64,000 bases of DNA from Candidatus Bathyarchaeota archaeon (GTDB lineage: Archaea; Thermoproteota; Bathyarchaeia; TCS64): positions 15,138-79,137 of the forward strand of contig JAFGHP010000083.1 in NCBI GenBank assembly GCA_016930055.1, given 5' to 3'. Below the pieces are notes generated by a model. The model searched no databases, was not told the origin of the DNA, and worked only from the letters and a program-made list of their open reading frames with translations. A program made the translations under genes and the position numbers. Of this stretch, positions 45,432 to 54,436 are shown in pieces (position 1 is the first letter of the stretch; the number at the start of each line of letters is the position of its first letter).

Positions 45432-46820
45432 TTATAGATTGTCCATGTTTTTAATTATTGTATCACCGAAATCTGTACAAGACACTAACTTTGCATTTTC
45501 TAATTGTCTATAAAGATCTTGAGTCACAATTCTTGAACTGAATGTTTTTGTAATTGAAGATTGTATAAGTTCTGCAACTTCATTCCAATTCATATATTGT
45601 AACATCATAACAGCGGATAAAATTATGGAACTTGGATTTGCTCGATTTTGATTAGCATGTTTTGGTGAAGTCCCATGAGTTGCCTCAAATATCGCATGAC
45701 CTGTTTCAAAATTAATGTTAGCCCCCGGAGCTATTCCCAATCCACCAACTTCCGCAGCACATGCGTCACTTAAATAATCACCATTCAAATTCAAAGTAGC
45801 GATTACATCATATTCACGTGGTTTAATGATTAATTGCTGAAACATTTGATCAGCGATTCTATCATTTACTATTAACATTTTTTCTAAATTTTTACCACCA
45901 TTTTTTTCTTCTAAAAGTTCTAAAATCTTATTTATTTCAGTTTCTTTACCTTTAAACCCTAATTCATTAATTTTTACTGAAATATCTTTTAAACTCGTGT
46001 TCGGGTATTTATTTTTAATATCAAGAATTTGATATTCCATTTCTGTGACAATATAGTTTCTAAACTCACTTTGAGCTACTTCATAACCCCACTTTAGAAA
46101 TCCGCCTTCAGTATACTTCATTATATTTCCTTTATGTACTAGAGTTACAGATTTACGATTATTTTTTAAAGCATAATTTATGGCAGCTCGTACAAGTCGC
46201 TTAGAAGAGGATTCAGATACTTGTTTAAGACCTAATGCAGCATCTTGAGGAATAATTAGACCAAAATTTTTCAAAAAACCACGAATAGTTTTAGCTTCAT
46301 CCGAATTATGTGCCCACTCTATACCACAATATACATCTTCTGTATTTTCACGAAAAATAATCATATCAATTTTATAAGGATCCTTTATTGGTGTAGGGAC
46401 ACCTTCATACCATTTAATAGGTCTTATACACGCATAAAGATCTAATTTCTGTCTTAATGCTACGTTTAAACTTTTAAAACCATCTCCAACAGGAGTTGAT
46501 AGTGGTCCTTTAATACCAATCTTATATTTATTGAATGCTTCAAGTGTTTCTTTAGGTAAAAGAATTTTTTGATAAGAATCATCTGAAATGTTTGATAAAT
46601 AACCTTGATCTAATCCTGAAGTTTCAATTGCATCTTCACCCGCATATACTCTTAACCAATTTATTTTTCGTTTTTTTGCATAAATTTTGTCAACTGCAGC
46701 ATCTACAACCTTAATCATTACAGGCGTAATATCTTTACCTATGCCATCACCCATGATAAAAGGAACCACAGGATTATTACCAGTAACTTCTAAATCATTT
46801 TTAAAATTATGCATTGACAT
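45432..46820 (-). CDS. icd: NADP-dependent isocitrate dehydrogenase
   Basis: The 462-aa ORF has an N-terminus VPFIMGDGIGKDITPVMIKVVDAAVDKIYAKKRKINWLRVYAGED collinear with E. coli Icd (IPYIEGDGIGVDVTPAML KVVDAAVEKAY...ISWMEIYTGEK). Confidence 0.85.
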   Translation of the reverse strand: MSMHNFKNDLEVTGNNPVVPFIMGDGIGKDITPVMIKVVDAAVDKIYAKKRKINWLRVYAGEDAIETSGLDQGYLSNISDDSYQKILLPKETLEAFNKYKIGIKGPLSTPVGDGFKSLNVALRQKLDLYACIRPIKWYEGVPTPIKDPYKIDMIIFRENTEDVYCGIEWAHNSDEAKTIRGFLKNFGLIIPQDAALGLKQVSESSSKRLVRAAINYALKNNRKSVTLVHKGNIMKYTEGGFLKWGYEVAQSEFRNYIVTEMEYQILDIKNKYPNTSLKDISVKINELGFKGKETEINKILELLEEKNGGKNLEKMLIVNDRIADQMFQQLIIKPREYDVIATLNLNGDYLSDACAAEVGGLGIAPGANINFETGHAIFEATHGTSPKHANQNRANPSSIILSAVMMLQYMNWNEVAELIQSSITKTFSSRIVTQDLYRQLENAKLVSCTDFGDTIIKNMDNL

Positions 46821-48736
46821 TATTTACCTCTTAACTTATTTTTAATGAACTCCATTTTTCCACCTGCTTTAATGATTGATATTTCATGCTCACTTAAATT
46901 ATGTTTAACATAATATTTTTCACCAGAAGCTTCAACTAGAACAAGTTCATCAAAATTATCTAGGTTTAGTTCGAGTTCATTACCTTCTTTCAATTTATCA
47001 TAATCATCTTTATCTCTAAAAATAAGAGGTAATATGCCAAAATTAATTAAATTAGCAATATGAATCCTAGCAAAACTTTTAGCAATTATTACGTTTATCC
47101 CAAGATAACGAAGAACTATTGCTGCATGTTCTCTACTACTACCTTGACCATAATTTTCTCCTGCAACAATAAATCCCCCATTTTTTTGAATAGCTTCATT
47201 ATAAAAGGTACTTCGAATATTACTAAAAGTAAATTTTGTTATTTCAGGGATGTTACTTCTTAAAGGTAATATGTGAGCAGTTGCAGGGAGAATATCATCA
47301 GTAGTGATGTTATCTCCTAATTTTAATAAAATTTTACCATAAAATTTGTTATTCAGTTTTCTAAATATTGGTAAAGGTTTAATATTTTGTCCTCTAAAAA
47401 TCTGAATATCTGATCTATTATCTAAAGGGGTAACAATCATATTATCATTGACCATGAATTTTTTAGGCATTTTTAGTTTGATATCAATATTTAAAGACCT
47501 AGGATCGGTTATGTAACCCGTTAACGCCGATGCAGCAGCAGTTTCAGGGCTAACTAAATATACATTAGCATCGTTAGTTCCACTACGACCTTTAAAATTT
47601 CTATTAAAAGTTCTAAGGCTAGTTGATCCAGAAAAAGGAGCTTGCCCCATTCCTATACAGGGACCACAAGCACATTCTAATAACCTTGCTCCTGAATTAA
47701 TTATATCATTTAATTCTCCACTTTCAATAATATGTTGAAGGACCTGCCGGGATCCAGGTGATATAACTAAACTTAAGTTTTCGTTTATTTTTTTATTCTT
47801 TAAAATTTGAGATACAATTTTGATATCTCTTAAGCTTGAGTTAGTACAACTTCCAATACAAACTTGATTAACTGGTATATTTTTTAATTCATTTACTTTT
47901 TTAACATTTCCGGGGCTATGTGGTAAGGATATTAGAGGTTCAAGTTCGTTGAGATTGATTTCAATAATTTCATTATATTGAGTATTGGAGTCAGCTGTAA
48001 GTTTTATCCAATCATTAACACGGTTCTGTGAATACAGAAATCTTTTCGTTATTATATCAGAAGGGAAAATACTCGTTGTTGCTCCAGTTTCAACACACAT
48101 ATTAGTTATAGTACTACGTTCAGGAACACTAAGATTTTTAACACCAGGACCAAAAAATTCTAAAATTTTACCAACACCTCCCTTAACACCTAAAATTCTT
48201 AATAGCTCTAAAGCGATGTCTTTTGCTGAAACCATTGGTGTTAGATTTCCGATTAATTTTATTCCAATAAGTTCTGGCATTTTTATTGAAAACTTTTCTC
48301 CAGCCATTACTGCAGCTACATCTAGACCTCCTGCACCGAAAGCTAACATACCTATCCCTCCAGCTGTAGGAGTATGACTATCGCTTCCAACCAATATTTT
48401 TCCAGGTTTAGCAAAGCGTTCTAAAAAAACTTGATGACATATACCGTTTCCAGCTTTCGAAAAATATAAACCATGTTTAGATGAAAAAGATTGTAAATAT
48501 TGATGGTCCTCCATATTCTTATAATCTTCTTGAAACATGTTATGATCAATAAAACAAACACTTAACTCTACTTGAGTATTAGAAATCTCAAAAGATTCAA
48601 ATTGAAGCGCAGACATTGTTCCTGTCGAATCTTGAAGAAGCGTATGTGTAACTTCAAATTCAACTTCATCATTTTTTACGAAGTTATCTCTTGGTAATTG
48701 TTTTTTTATTATCTTTTCCACTATACTTTTACTCAT
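46820..48736 (-). CDS. aconitase-family hydratase, fused catalytic and swivel domains (~640 aa)
   Basis: The 638-aa ORF has the GSDSHT, CTNSS and SREHAA Fe-S/active-site motifs of aconitase/LeuCD. Its stop overlaps the icd start. Confidence 0.8.
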   Translation of the reverse strand: MSKSIVEKIIKKQLPRDNFVKNDEVEFEVTHTLLQDSTGTMSALQFESFEISNTQVELSVCFIDHNMFQEDYKNMEDHQYLQSFSSKHGLYFSKAGNGICHQVFLERFAKPGKILVGSDSHTPTAGGIGMLAFGAGGLDVAAVMAGEKFSIKMPELIGIKLIGNLTPMVSAKDIALELLRILGVKGGVGKILEFFGPGVKNLSVPERSTITNMCVETGATTSIFPSDIITKRFLYSQNRVNDWIKLTADSNTQYNEIIEINLNELEPLISLPHSPGNVKKVNELKNIPVNQVCIGSCTNSSLRDIKIVSQILKNKKINENLSLVISPGSRQVLQHIIESGELNDIINSGARLLECACGPCIGMGQAPFSGSTSLRTFNRNFKGRSGTNDANVYLVSPETAAASALTGYITDPRSLNIDIKLKMPKKFMVNDNMIVTPLDNRSDIQIFRGQNIKPLPIFRKLNNKFYGKILLKLGDNITTDDILPATAHILPLRSNIPEITKFTFSNIRSTFYNEAIQKNGGFIVAGENYGQGSSREHAAIVLRYLGINVIIAKSFARIHIANLINFGILPLIFRDKDDYDKLKEGNELELNLDNFDELVLVEASGEKYYVKHNLSEHEISIIKAGGKMEFIKNKLRGK

Positions 48737-50115
48737 TTTTTAACTTCCTTAATATATTGTTGTGTAGTATCAAACTCATCTTTTTTATTTACATTATAAT
48801 GTTCCCATAATTCTGGTAAATGATAGTGAACTAATTTAAGGATCTCTGAATCACTTATCGTAGTAACTCGTCCTTCATCATACTGGAAGGAAATTATTTC
48901 TACGATTTTTTGAATTCCATGATTATCCTTTGTTATCCATTCTGATCTTGGTATTTCAAGAAGTTCATTTATTTTCCAAGCAACACCACTAGATCCACTA
49001 TATTGTCCTATGGCAGATTTATAAGGTCTATTTAAAATTAATTCTAAATCATAGGAAGAATAAATTTCAGGATGCTTAATCATCCCATCCACGTGAATTC
49101 CAGCCCATGTAACATTAAAATTTTTACCAATTAAAGGATAAAAATCTGGGATTTTGTAACCAATCTCTTTATAATAATTAGCTATTTCATTAATAATTCT
49201 TGTATTAATCGATAAAGTTGGTTTTAATTGTAAAATTTGGAATATCATGCCTTCAATAGGAGTATTTCCTGCTCGTTCACCAATACTTAAAAGAGTCCCA
49301 TTCACCGCAGAACAGCCATATAACCAAGCAGATGCTGAGTTAACAACACTTAGATGGTAATCGTTATGTCCATGAAATTCAAGCCATTCGCTAGGTACAT
49401 TAGCTTCCTTATTTAAAAGATGCATAATTTTAGGAATACTTCTGGGAGATTTAACATTCGGGTAAGGTAAACCAACACCAAGAGTATCACATACTCTAAT
49501 TTTTACAGGTAATCCATACTCCTCAGATAATTTCATTAAACATTTAGCAAAGGGTAAAATCACTTTATCGATGTCAGATCTCGTTGCGTCTTCTAAATGA
49601 CAACGAGGAATAATCTCTTGGTTTAAACAACATTCAGCAATATTTAAATGATTATTAATCGCTTTCTCACGAGTCCAACCAAATTTAAAATATATATGAT
49701 AATCACTTAGAGAAGATAAAATACCTGTTTCAGTAATACCAGTATTTTTGACTAGTTCTAAATCTTTTACATTCGCTCTAATCCAACCAGTAATTTTAGG
49801 ATATTCGTAACCCAGTTCTTGACAATTTTTAACTGCTTCACGATCTTTTTTATTATATAAAAAAAATTCTGTTGCCCTAATTATGCCTTGAGGACCTCCA
49901 AGTTTATGCATGTATTTATAAAGTTTCTCAATCTGTTCAACTGTATAAGGCTCTCTTGCTTGTTGACCGTCTCTAAATGTCGTATCAGTTATCCAAATAT
50001 CTTCAGGAATGTTAATTGGTAAATATTCTTCATCAAAAGCTATTTTGGGTAAGTGAGGAAAAGGGAATACTTCTCTGAATAAATTTGGATTATTGGAAGA
50101 TTCATTTAATATCAT
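48733..50115 (-). CDS. LeuA/NifV-family DRE-TIM metallolyase (Re-citrate synthase-like or homocitrate synthase-like)
   Basis: The 460-aa ORF has TDTTFRDGQQ and HGHNDYHLSV motifs of the isopropylmalate/homocitrate synthase family. It has no LeuA regulatory C-terminal domain and is the first gene of an operon with aconitase and icd. Confidence 0.7.
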   Translation of the reverse strand: MILNESSNNPNLFREVFPFPHLPKIAFDEEYLPINIPEDIWITDTTFRDGQQAREPYTVEQIEKLYKYMHKLGGPQGIIRATEFFLYNKKDREAVKNCQELGYEYPKITGWIRANVKDLELVKNTGITETGILSSLSDYHIYFKFGWTREKAINNHLNIAECCLNQEIIPRCHLEDATRSDIDKVILPFAKCLMKLSEEYGLPVKIRVCDTLGVGLPYPNVKSPRSIPKIMHLLNKEANVPSEWLEFHGHNDYHLSVVNSASAWLYGCSAVNGTLLSIGERAGNTPIEGMIFQILQLKPTLSINTRIINEIANYYKEIGYKIPDFYPLIGKNFNVTWAGIHVDGMIKHPEIYSSYDLELILNRPYKSAIGQYSGSSGVAWKINELLEIPRSEWITKDNHGIQKIVEIISFQYDEGRVTTISDSEILKLVHYHLPELWEHYNVNKKDEFDTTQQYIKEVKK

Positions 50116-50207
50116 ATTCTAATCACTTTTCTCAAACGCATATTTGTTACAAAGAATTTTTATATAATAAAAACATATTTCCTGGAAAACTGAACATACG
50201 GTTATAA

Positions 50208-50699
50208 ATGAGGAGAATGTATGAACACATGAAAAATAATGAGAATGTTGTTAATTTTCTTAATGATGAGATAAATCGGAAAATTTTACAAGAATATTTA
50301 AACGATTCCCGGCAATCCTATAGAGAAATTTCAAGGAAATTAGGCGTAGCACCAGGAACAATAATTACTCGTATGAAACACCTTGAAGAAAATGGTTTAA
50401 TAAAAAAGTTTACAGTACAAATTAATCTTGAAAAAATGGGCTACATTATTACTGCAATAACCCACATGCAAATCCGAGGTTCATCAATTTTAGAAAAAGA
50501 CAATATATTATTTAAGTTAAAAGAAGCTAATGCAATTTACAAAGTTACAGGTGGAACAGACATCATCATTATTGCTAAGTTAAAAACAACAATGGAACTT
50601 GATAAATATCTCACAAAATTAAATAACAATAAAGCTATTAGAAGGACTCATACATACGTCGTATTAGATACTATAAAAGAAGATTTTAACCATATATGA
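50208..50699 (+). CDS. Lrp/AsnC-family transcriptional regulator
   Basis: The 163-aa ORF has an N-terminal HTH (SYREISRKLGVAPGTIITRMKHLEENG) and a C-terminal RAM domain. It is divergent from the citrate-synthase-like operon. Confidence 0.85.
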   Translation: MRRMYEHMKNNENVVNFLNDEINRKILQEYLNDSRQSYREISRKLGVAPGTIITRMKHLEENGLIKKFTVQINLEKMGYIITAITHMQIRGSSILEKDNILFKLKEANAIYKVTGGTDIIIIAKLKTTMELDKYLTKLNNNKAIRRTHTYVVLDTIKEDFNHI

Positions 50700-50701
50700 A
50701 T

Positions 50702-50866
50702 TCAACTATTTAATTTCTTAAATTGGTCTTTGGTTGCACCACAAATGGGACAAACCCATTCTTGAGGCAACTTTTCAAAAGGAGTATTTACAGGAACACC
50801 GTTTGAAGGATCACCCTCAGTAGGATCATAAATATATCCACATACAGTGCATTCGTATTTGTTCAT
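50702..50866 (-). CDS. rubredoxin
   Basis: [52 protein letters not shown] carries both CxxCG knuckles. The ORF-track N-terminal 20 aa (to 50926) are probably not translated. Confidence 0.8.
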   Translation of the reverse strand: MNKYECTVCGYIYDPTEGDPSNGVPVNTPFEKLPQEWVCPICGATKDQFKKLNS

Positions 50867-51056
50867 ATCTAGAAACATTGTAGCAGAATAATTTAAAGGA
50901 ATCCAAAATACATAGTTATACATCAAAATACAAAGATATATACATCAGAAAACCAGTAATAAAATAAAGGTTTTAGCTAATTTCATTTAAAAATTATCAA
51001 TTATTTCATTAATTATCGAAAATTTTAAAATAAACTATATCGACAATAAAAGCATT

Positions 51057-51239
51057 TCAGTTACCTGAAGAAGCCTTTTCTGCTGTTCTTTTCATAATAA
51101 TTCGATATTTTCTATATTTATCATCCATTGAAAATTTTGCTGGGTGAGGTATAATTACAGGTCCGCTGCATTTAGGACATTTATCAGTATTTAGTGTATA
51201 AATACCACATTTTTTACACTGTCTTAAAAGCCATACCAA
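51057..51239 (-). CDS. nop10: H/ACA RNP protein Nop10
   Basis: The 60-aa ORF has CKKCGIYTL...CPKCSG...HPAKFSMDDKYRKYR, which matches the archaeal Nop10 Zn ribbon and C-terminal helix. It sits in the canonical position next to aIF2-alpha. Confidence 0.75.
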   Translation of the reverse strand: MVWLLRQCKKCGIYTLNTDKCPKCSGPVIIPHPAKFSMDDKYRKYRIIMKRTAEKASSGN

Positions 51240-51251
51240 TCAATATCACTT

Positions 51252-52052
51252 TTACATTCTTTTAAATGAAATCGTGCCTTCGAAATTTGTCCATAATTTT
51301 TCTGTATGTTTAACTAGCTTATCTATGGCTATTTCTGCTTTTTTATAATCATCAGAAGTGACTTCCAATTTGTATTTGGGAGCACCTAGAGTATATATAT
51401 TAACAGATGAGTCTAATTCGTCTCCTAAAGATTTTATATCCATAAATACGCCTTTGATGTCTTCGACGCCTTGCTCTCCCAAAGCGGTTGCTTCATAAAC
51501 ACCATGCACTGTAACTCCTTTAACAATTATTTTATCTTTTGCTACTTCAGTTAAAACCTGGGCAATTTTTTCTTTTATACCTAATTCTATAAATATTATA
51601 GAATTTTTTTTAGCTGCTTCTTCCAATGCATCGTAAATACTATTATATTTCGTACTGATAGGTGGGTTAATTTCATTAAACAAATCTTCAGGCGTCATCA
51701 TTAATGTTTGTGCTGCTAATTTAAGTAGGGTTTCTGCTTTACGGGTTTTCTTCCAGTGTTCGAGTTTCTTTCGTTTATCATCTCTATTAACTCGTCGCAA
51801 AGATAAATCAACTTGACCTTTAGATGCATCAACTCTAAGTACTTGAAGAACTACTTTCTGACCTTCTTTAACATGGTTCCTTATATTCCGTACCCAACGT
51901 GAAGAAATTTCAGATATATGTAGAAGAGCTTCCTTTGAAGCGTATTCATCAAGAGTAACATATGCTCCATAGGACTCAATCCGACTTACTGTTGCTACAA
52001 CCATCTCGCCATTTTCAGGCCATTCGGATCGTCCAAAACTCAAGTCTCTCAC
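51252..52052 (-). CDS. eif2a: translation initiation factor 2 subunit alpha (aIF2-alpha)
   Basis: The 266-aa ORF has an N-terminal S1 domain (EGEMVVATVSRIESYGAYVTLDEY), a helical domain and a C-terminal alpha-beta domain. Confidence 0.9.
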   Translation of the reverse strand: MRDLSFGRSEWPENGEMVVATVSRIESYGAYVTLDEYASKEALLHISEISSRWVRNIRNHVKEGQKVVLQVLRVDASKGQVDLSLRRVNRDDKRKKLEHWKKTRKAETLLKLAAQTLMMTPEDLFNEINPPISTKYNSIYDALEEAAKKNSIIFIELGIKEKIAQVLTEVAKDKIIVKGVTVHGVYEATALGEQGVEDIKGVFMDIKSLGDELDSSVNIYTLGAPKYKLEVTSDDYKKAEIAIDKLVKHTEKLWTNFEGTISFKRM

Positions 52053-52246
52053 CCTAATACAGCTAATATTGACCCATTAATTTTTGCTTTTCCACCAGTT
52101 GGTTCAGCTAGAATTTCACCACAAGTACGACATTTAACTATATTTGTGCAGTTACTAAAGACTAATTGTTCGCTTTCGCAATTTAAGCACTTTACTCGTA
52201 AAAATCTCGAGGTAGGTCTAGGGATCAAATCATTCCATTCTGACAT
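52049..52246 (-). CDS. rps27e: 30S ribosomal protein S27e
   Basis: The 65-aa ORF has a C4 zinc finger (CLNCESEQ...CRTCGE). Confidence 0.85.
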   Translation of the reverse strand: MSEWNDLIPRPTSRFLRVKCLNCESEQLVFSNCTNIVKCRTCGEILAEPTGGKAKINGSILAVLG

Positions 52247-52247
52247 T

Positions 52248-52523
52248 TTATACTATCTCCGCTTTCTTTAGACGTATCCCTTCTCTCATTAAATTATATT
52301 TACACTCTTTACATTGAAGTTGTAATGTAGTTTTTTTTGTTACTTTAGCTTGATTATGTTGCATAGGGAACTTTTGTCCACCATAACCCTTTTTTCGAAT
52401 TGCTTGATCACGTTCACCTTTACGAGCACCACGTCTTTTACCTGCTTTGTGGATTGAAACAGTAAATTCAGTATGGGTCTTACACTTTGGGCAATAAGTT
52501 TTTAGTGTTTTTGGTATTTTCAT
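52248..52523 (-). CDS. rpl44e: 50S ribosomal protein L44e
   Basis: The 91-aa ORF has CPKCKTHTEF...CKECKY Zn-binding motifs and a basic sequence typical of L44e. Confidence 0.85.
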   Translation of the reverse strand: MKIPKTLKTYCPKCKTHTEFTVSIHKAGKRRGARKGERDQAIRKKGYGGQKFPMQHNQAKVTKKTTLQLQCKECKYNLMREGIRLKKAEIV

Positions 52524-53128
52524 TGATCTATCTCCACCACCTTAGCTATGCCCTTCCTTATTAGGTTTTCAGCGTTTTGAGCTGGTAAAGTAGCAACATC
52601 CTCGATTTTAAATGGTCCATATGTCTTTAAATCAATGCCCATAATAGCTGGAAGGGCTTGAAGGAACCTAACTACTTTATAATTTATTTCTTGTTTCTCG
52701 ACTTTAACAGAAGGGGTTACTGGTTGATAGACTGGGGGTGAAAAAGTATCTTTTATTATTTCTCTCCCTATTAGAAGATGTTTTAATGATTGGTTATGAG
52801 AAGCTATTAAACGTCTTAAGTCTACTTGGAATTTTTTTTCATCATTTGTAAGATTAAGAGGTTCAACACTGTTTCCATCTAATTCAGCTTTAACTATTTT
52901 CTCCAATCTAAGTTCCCATAAATGGTTAATCATTGAATCAACATGTAATTTTTCTTTATCTATAATCTTATCAACAAGTAAAGAACTATCACTTTTACGT
53001 TTTTCTTCTTTTAATCTTTTAGAATATCCAGAAATTTGATCAAAAAAACCTTCTGGAAGAGGCTGAATATCCTTATTATTTTTTTCTTTTTTCCAATAAT
53101 CTAATAAAAGATAATAATATTCTGTCAA
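52520..53128 (-). CDS. putative GINS subunit (Gins51/Gins15-like) or other primase-associated protein
   Basis: The 202-aa ORF has a helical N-terminal half and a beta-rich C-terminal half. It is translationally coupled downstream of priS, the position where Gins51 is usually found in archaea. There is no direct motif proof. Confidence 0.4.
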   Translation of the reverse strand: MTEYYYLLLDYWKKEKNNKDIQPLPEGFFDQISGYSKRLKEEKRKSDSSLLVDKIIDKEKLHVDSMINHLWELRLEKIVKAELDGNSVEPLNLTNDEKKFQVDLRRLIASHNQSLKHLLIGREIIKDTFSPPVYQPVTPSVKVEKQEINYKVVRFLQALPAIMGIDLKTYGPFKIEDVATLPAQNAENLIRKGIAKVVEIDQ

Positions 53129-54378
53129 TTTATTACACGAGCCCCTTTTTTACATAATAAAAATATTGCAACAGCTAAAGGAAGAGTAACTTTCTCTTCA
53201 TTATATTCACCATAAGTTGTATCTCCTATCCTTATTTTAGGAGCCCATCTAACAAATAATTTTACTTCCTCTCCTTTAAACACAATTGCATTTGTAAATG
53301 GATCATAATCAGAGATATTTTCAGGGTTTATAGTCTGAGTTTGCCACCCTGTTTTACCATGAAGTGTATTCGGTAAACGTATTAGACGGTGAATATCAGT
53401 GGTTACAACTGTGTCAATATCAGCTGATTGTTGTTTAATAGCAATTTTTAATATTGTATCTAGGTCAGTAATTATTCGTTCTTCATCTCTACCAGCAAAT
53501 TTTTTTAATATAAAACTTGGATGGTTATTTTGTAGCGCGATTAAAAATTCACTCTTTTTATTAATTAAATTTTGAGTTAAAGTACGACTTAGGTTTAAAC
53601 TTTTTATCGTTTCAGAGGAAGAATCATCAACAAAATCATATAGAGCTTTACCTACTCTTCCCCTCCAACCTTCATCGCCTAGAATGCTTCTTCCCCCATG
53701 ACCTTTAGGATTGAATCCAATATATTCTGGTTTTATTCCAGTACCAAGAATATAATCAACAATTTCACGTCTTGAAGATTGATCAAAATATCTTACATTT
53801 TTATTTCTAACATGAACGTGGTATCCACGATTACCACTAAAGTTTACTACTAAATCATTTTTGGTTGTGAAACCAAAATCTTGTATTAAAATATCTAAAA
53901 GTTTCTGAGTCTCATTTTTTGCAGCCTGAAGACATTTTTCACATAACCATGTTTCAGTTTGAAACTGTGCTTTCCCACATTCACAAAGTTCAGGTGGTTT
54001 TCCAACCCCCGTTTTGCCACAATTTCTGCAAAGCCATTTATCGTGTTCAGTTTGGCAAGGTAAATTAAAATGATCAGCATCTATATCAAAAACTAAATCA
54101 GCTCCAATCCAACCTTTTTCATTCATATCATAGTCGGGATGTTTATAATAGCTTGATGAATGGTAACTATTTGCAGGTGCATTATCAATTAAATAACGAT
54201 GTAACACTACTTCATCTTTGAAGCTTATGTGACGAAACATTGTTCTTCCTTCGAAAGTAAGAAAAGCAAATTCTCTAAGCTTAATTTCTGTTGGGGCAGG
54301 AATAGTTTTTGCATTATTTCTATACCATTTACTAAATTGTTCAACTACAAATTTGGTGCTACCCCAATCGGATTCCAT
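53125..54378 (-). CDS. priS: DNA primase small (catalytic) subunit PriS
   Basis: The ORF has a Zn knuckle (CRNCGKTG...CECGK), a catalytic DIDADH and FSGNRGYHVHV. The ORF-track N-terminal 35 aa overlap priL and look spurious. The likely start is MESDWGSTKF at 54378. Confidence 0.85.
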   Translation of the reverse strand: MESDWGSTKFVVEQFSKWYRNNAKTIPAPTEIKLREFAFLTFEGRTMFRHISFKDEVVLHRYLIDNAPANSYHSSSYYKHPDYDMNEKGWIGADLVFDIDADHFNLPCQTEHDKWLCRNCGKTGVGKPPELCECGKAQFQTETWLCEKCLQAAKNETQKLLDILIQDFGFTTKNDLVVNFSGNRGYHVHVRNKNVRYFDQSSRREIVDYILGTGIKPEYIGFNPKGHGGRSILGDEGWRGRVGKALYDFVDDSSSETIKSLNLSRTLTQNLINKKSEFLIALQNNHPSFILKKFAGRDEERIITDLDTILKIAIKQQSADIDTVVTTDIHRLIRLPNTLHGKTGWQTQTINPENISDYDPFTNAIVFKGEEVKLFVRWAPKIRIGDTTYGEYNEEKVTLPLAVAIFLLCKKGARVIN

Positions 54379-54436
54379 ATCTAATTTTAATGCACACAGA
54401 AGTTTAAAAATTGGACTAAAATAAATTATTTGGATG

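Noticed and set aside
50867-50926. The N-terminal 20 residues of the ORF-track rubredoxin ([20 protein letters not shown]).
   Set aside because: Rubredoxins are about 52-54 aa and begin MxKYxCxxCGY. The conserved domain starts at the internal Met (50866).
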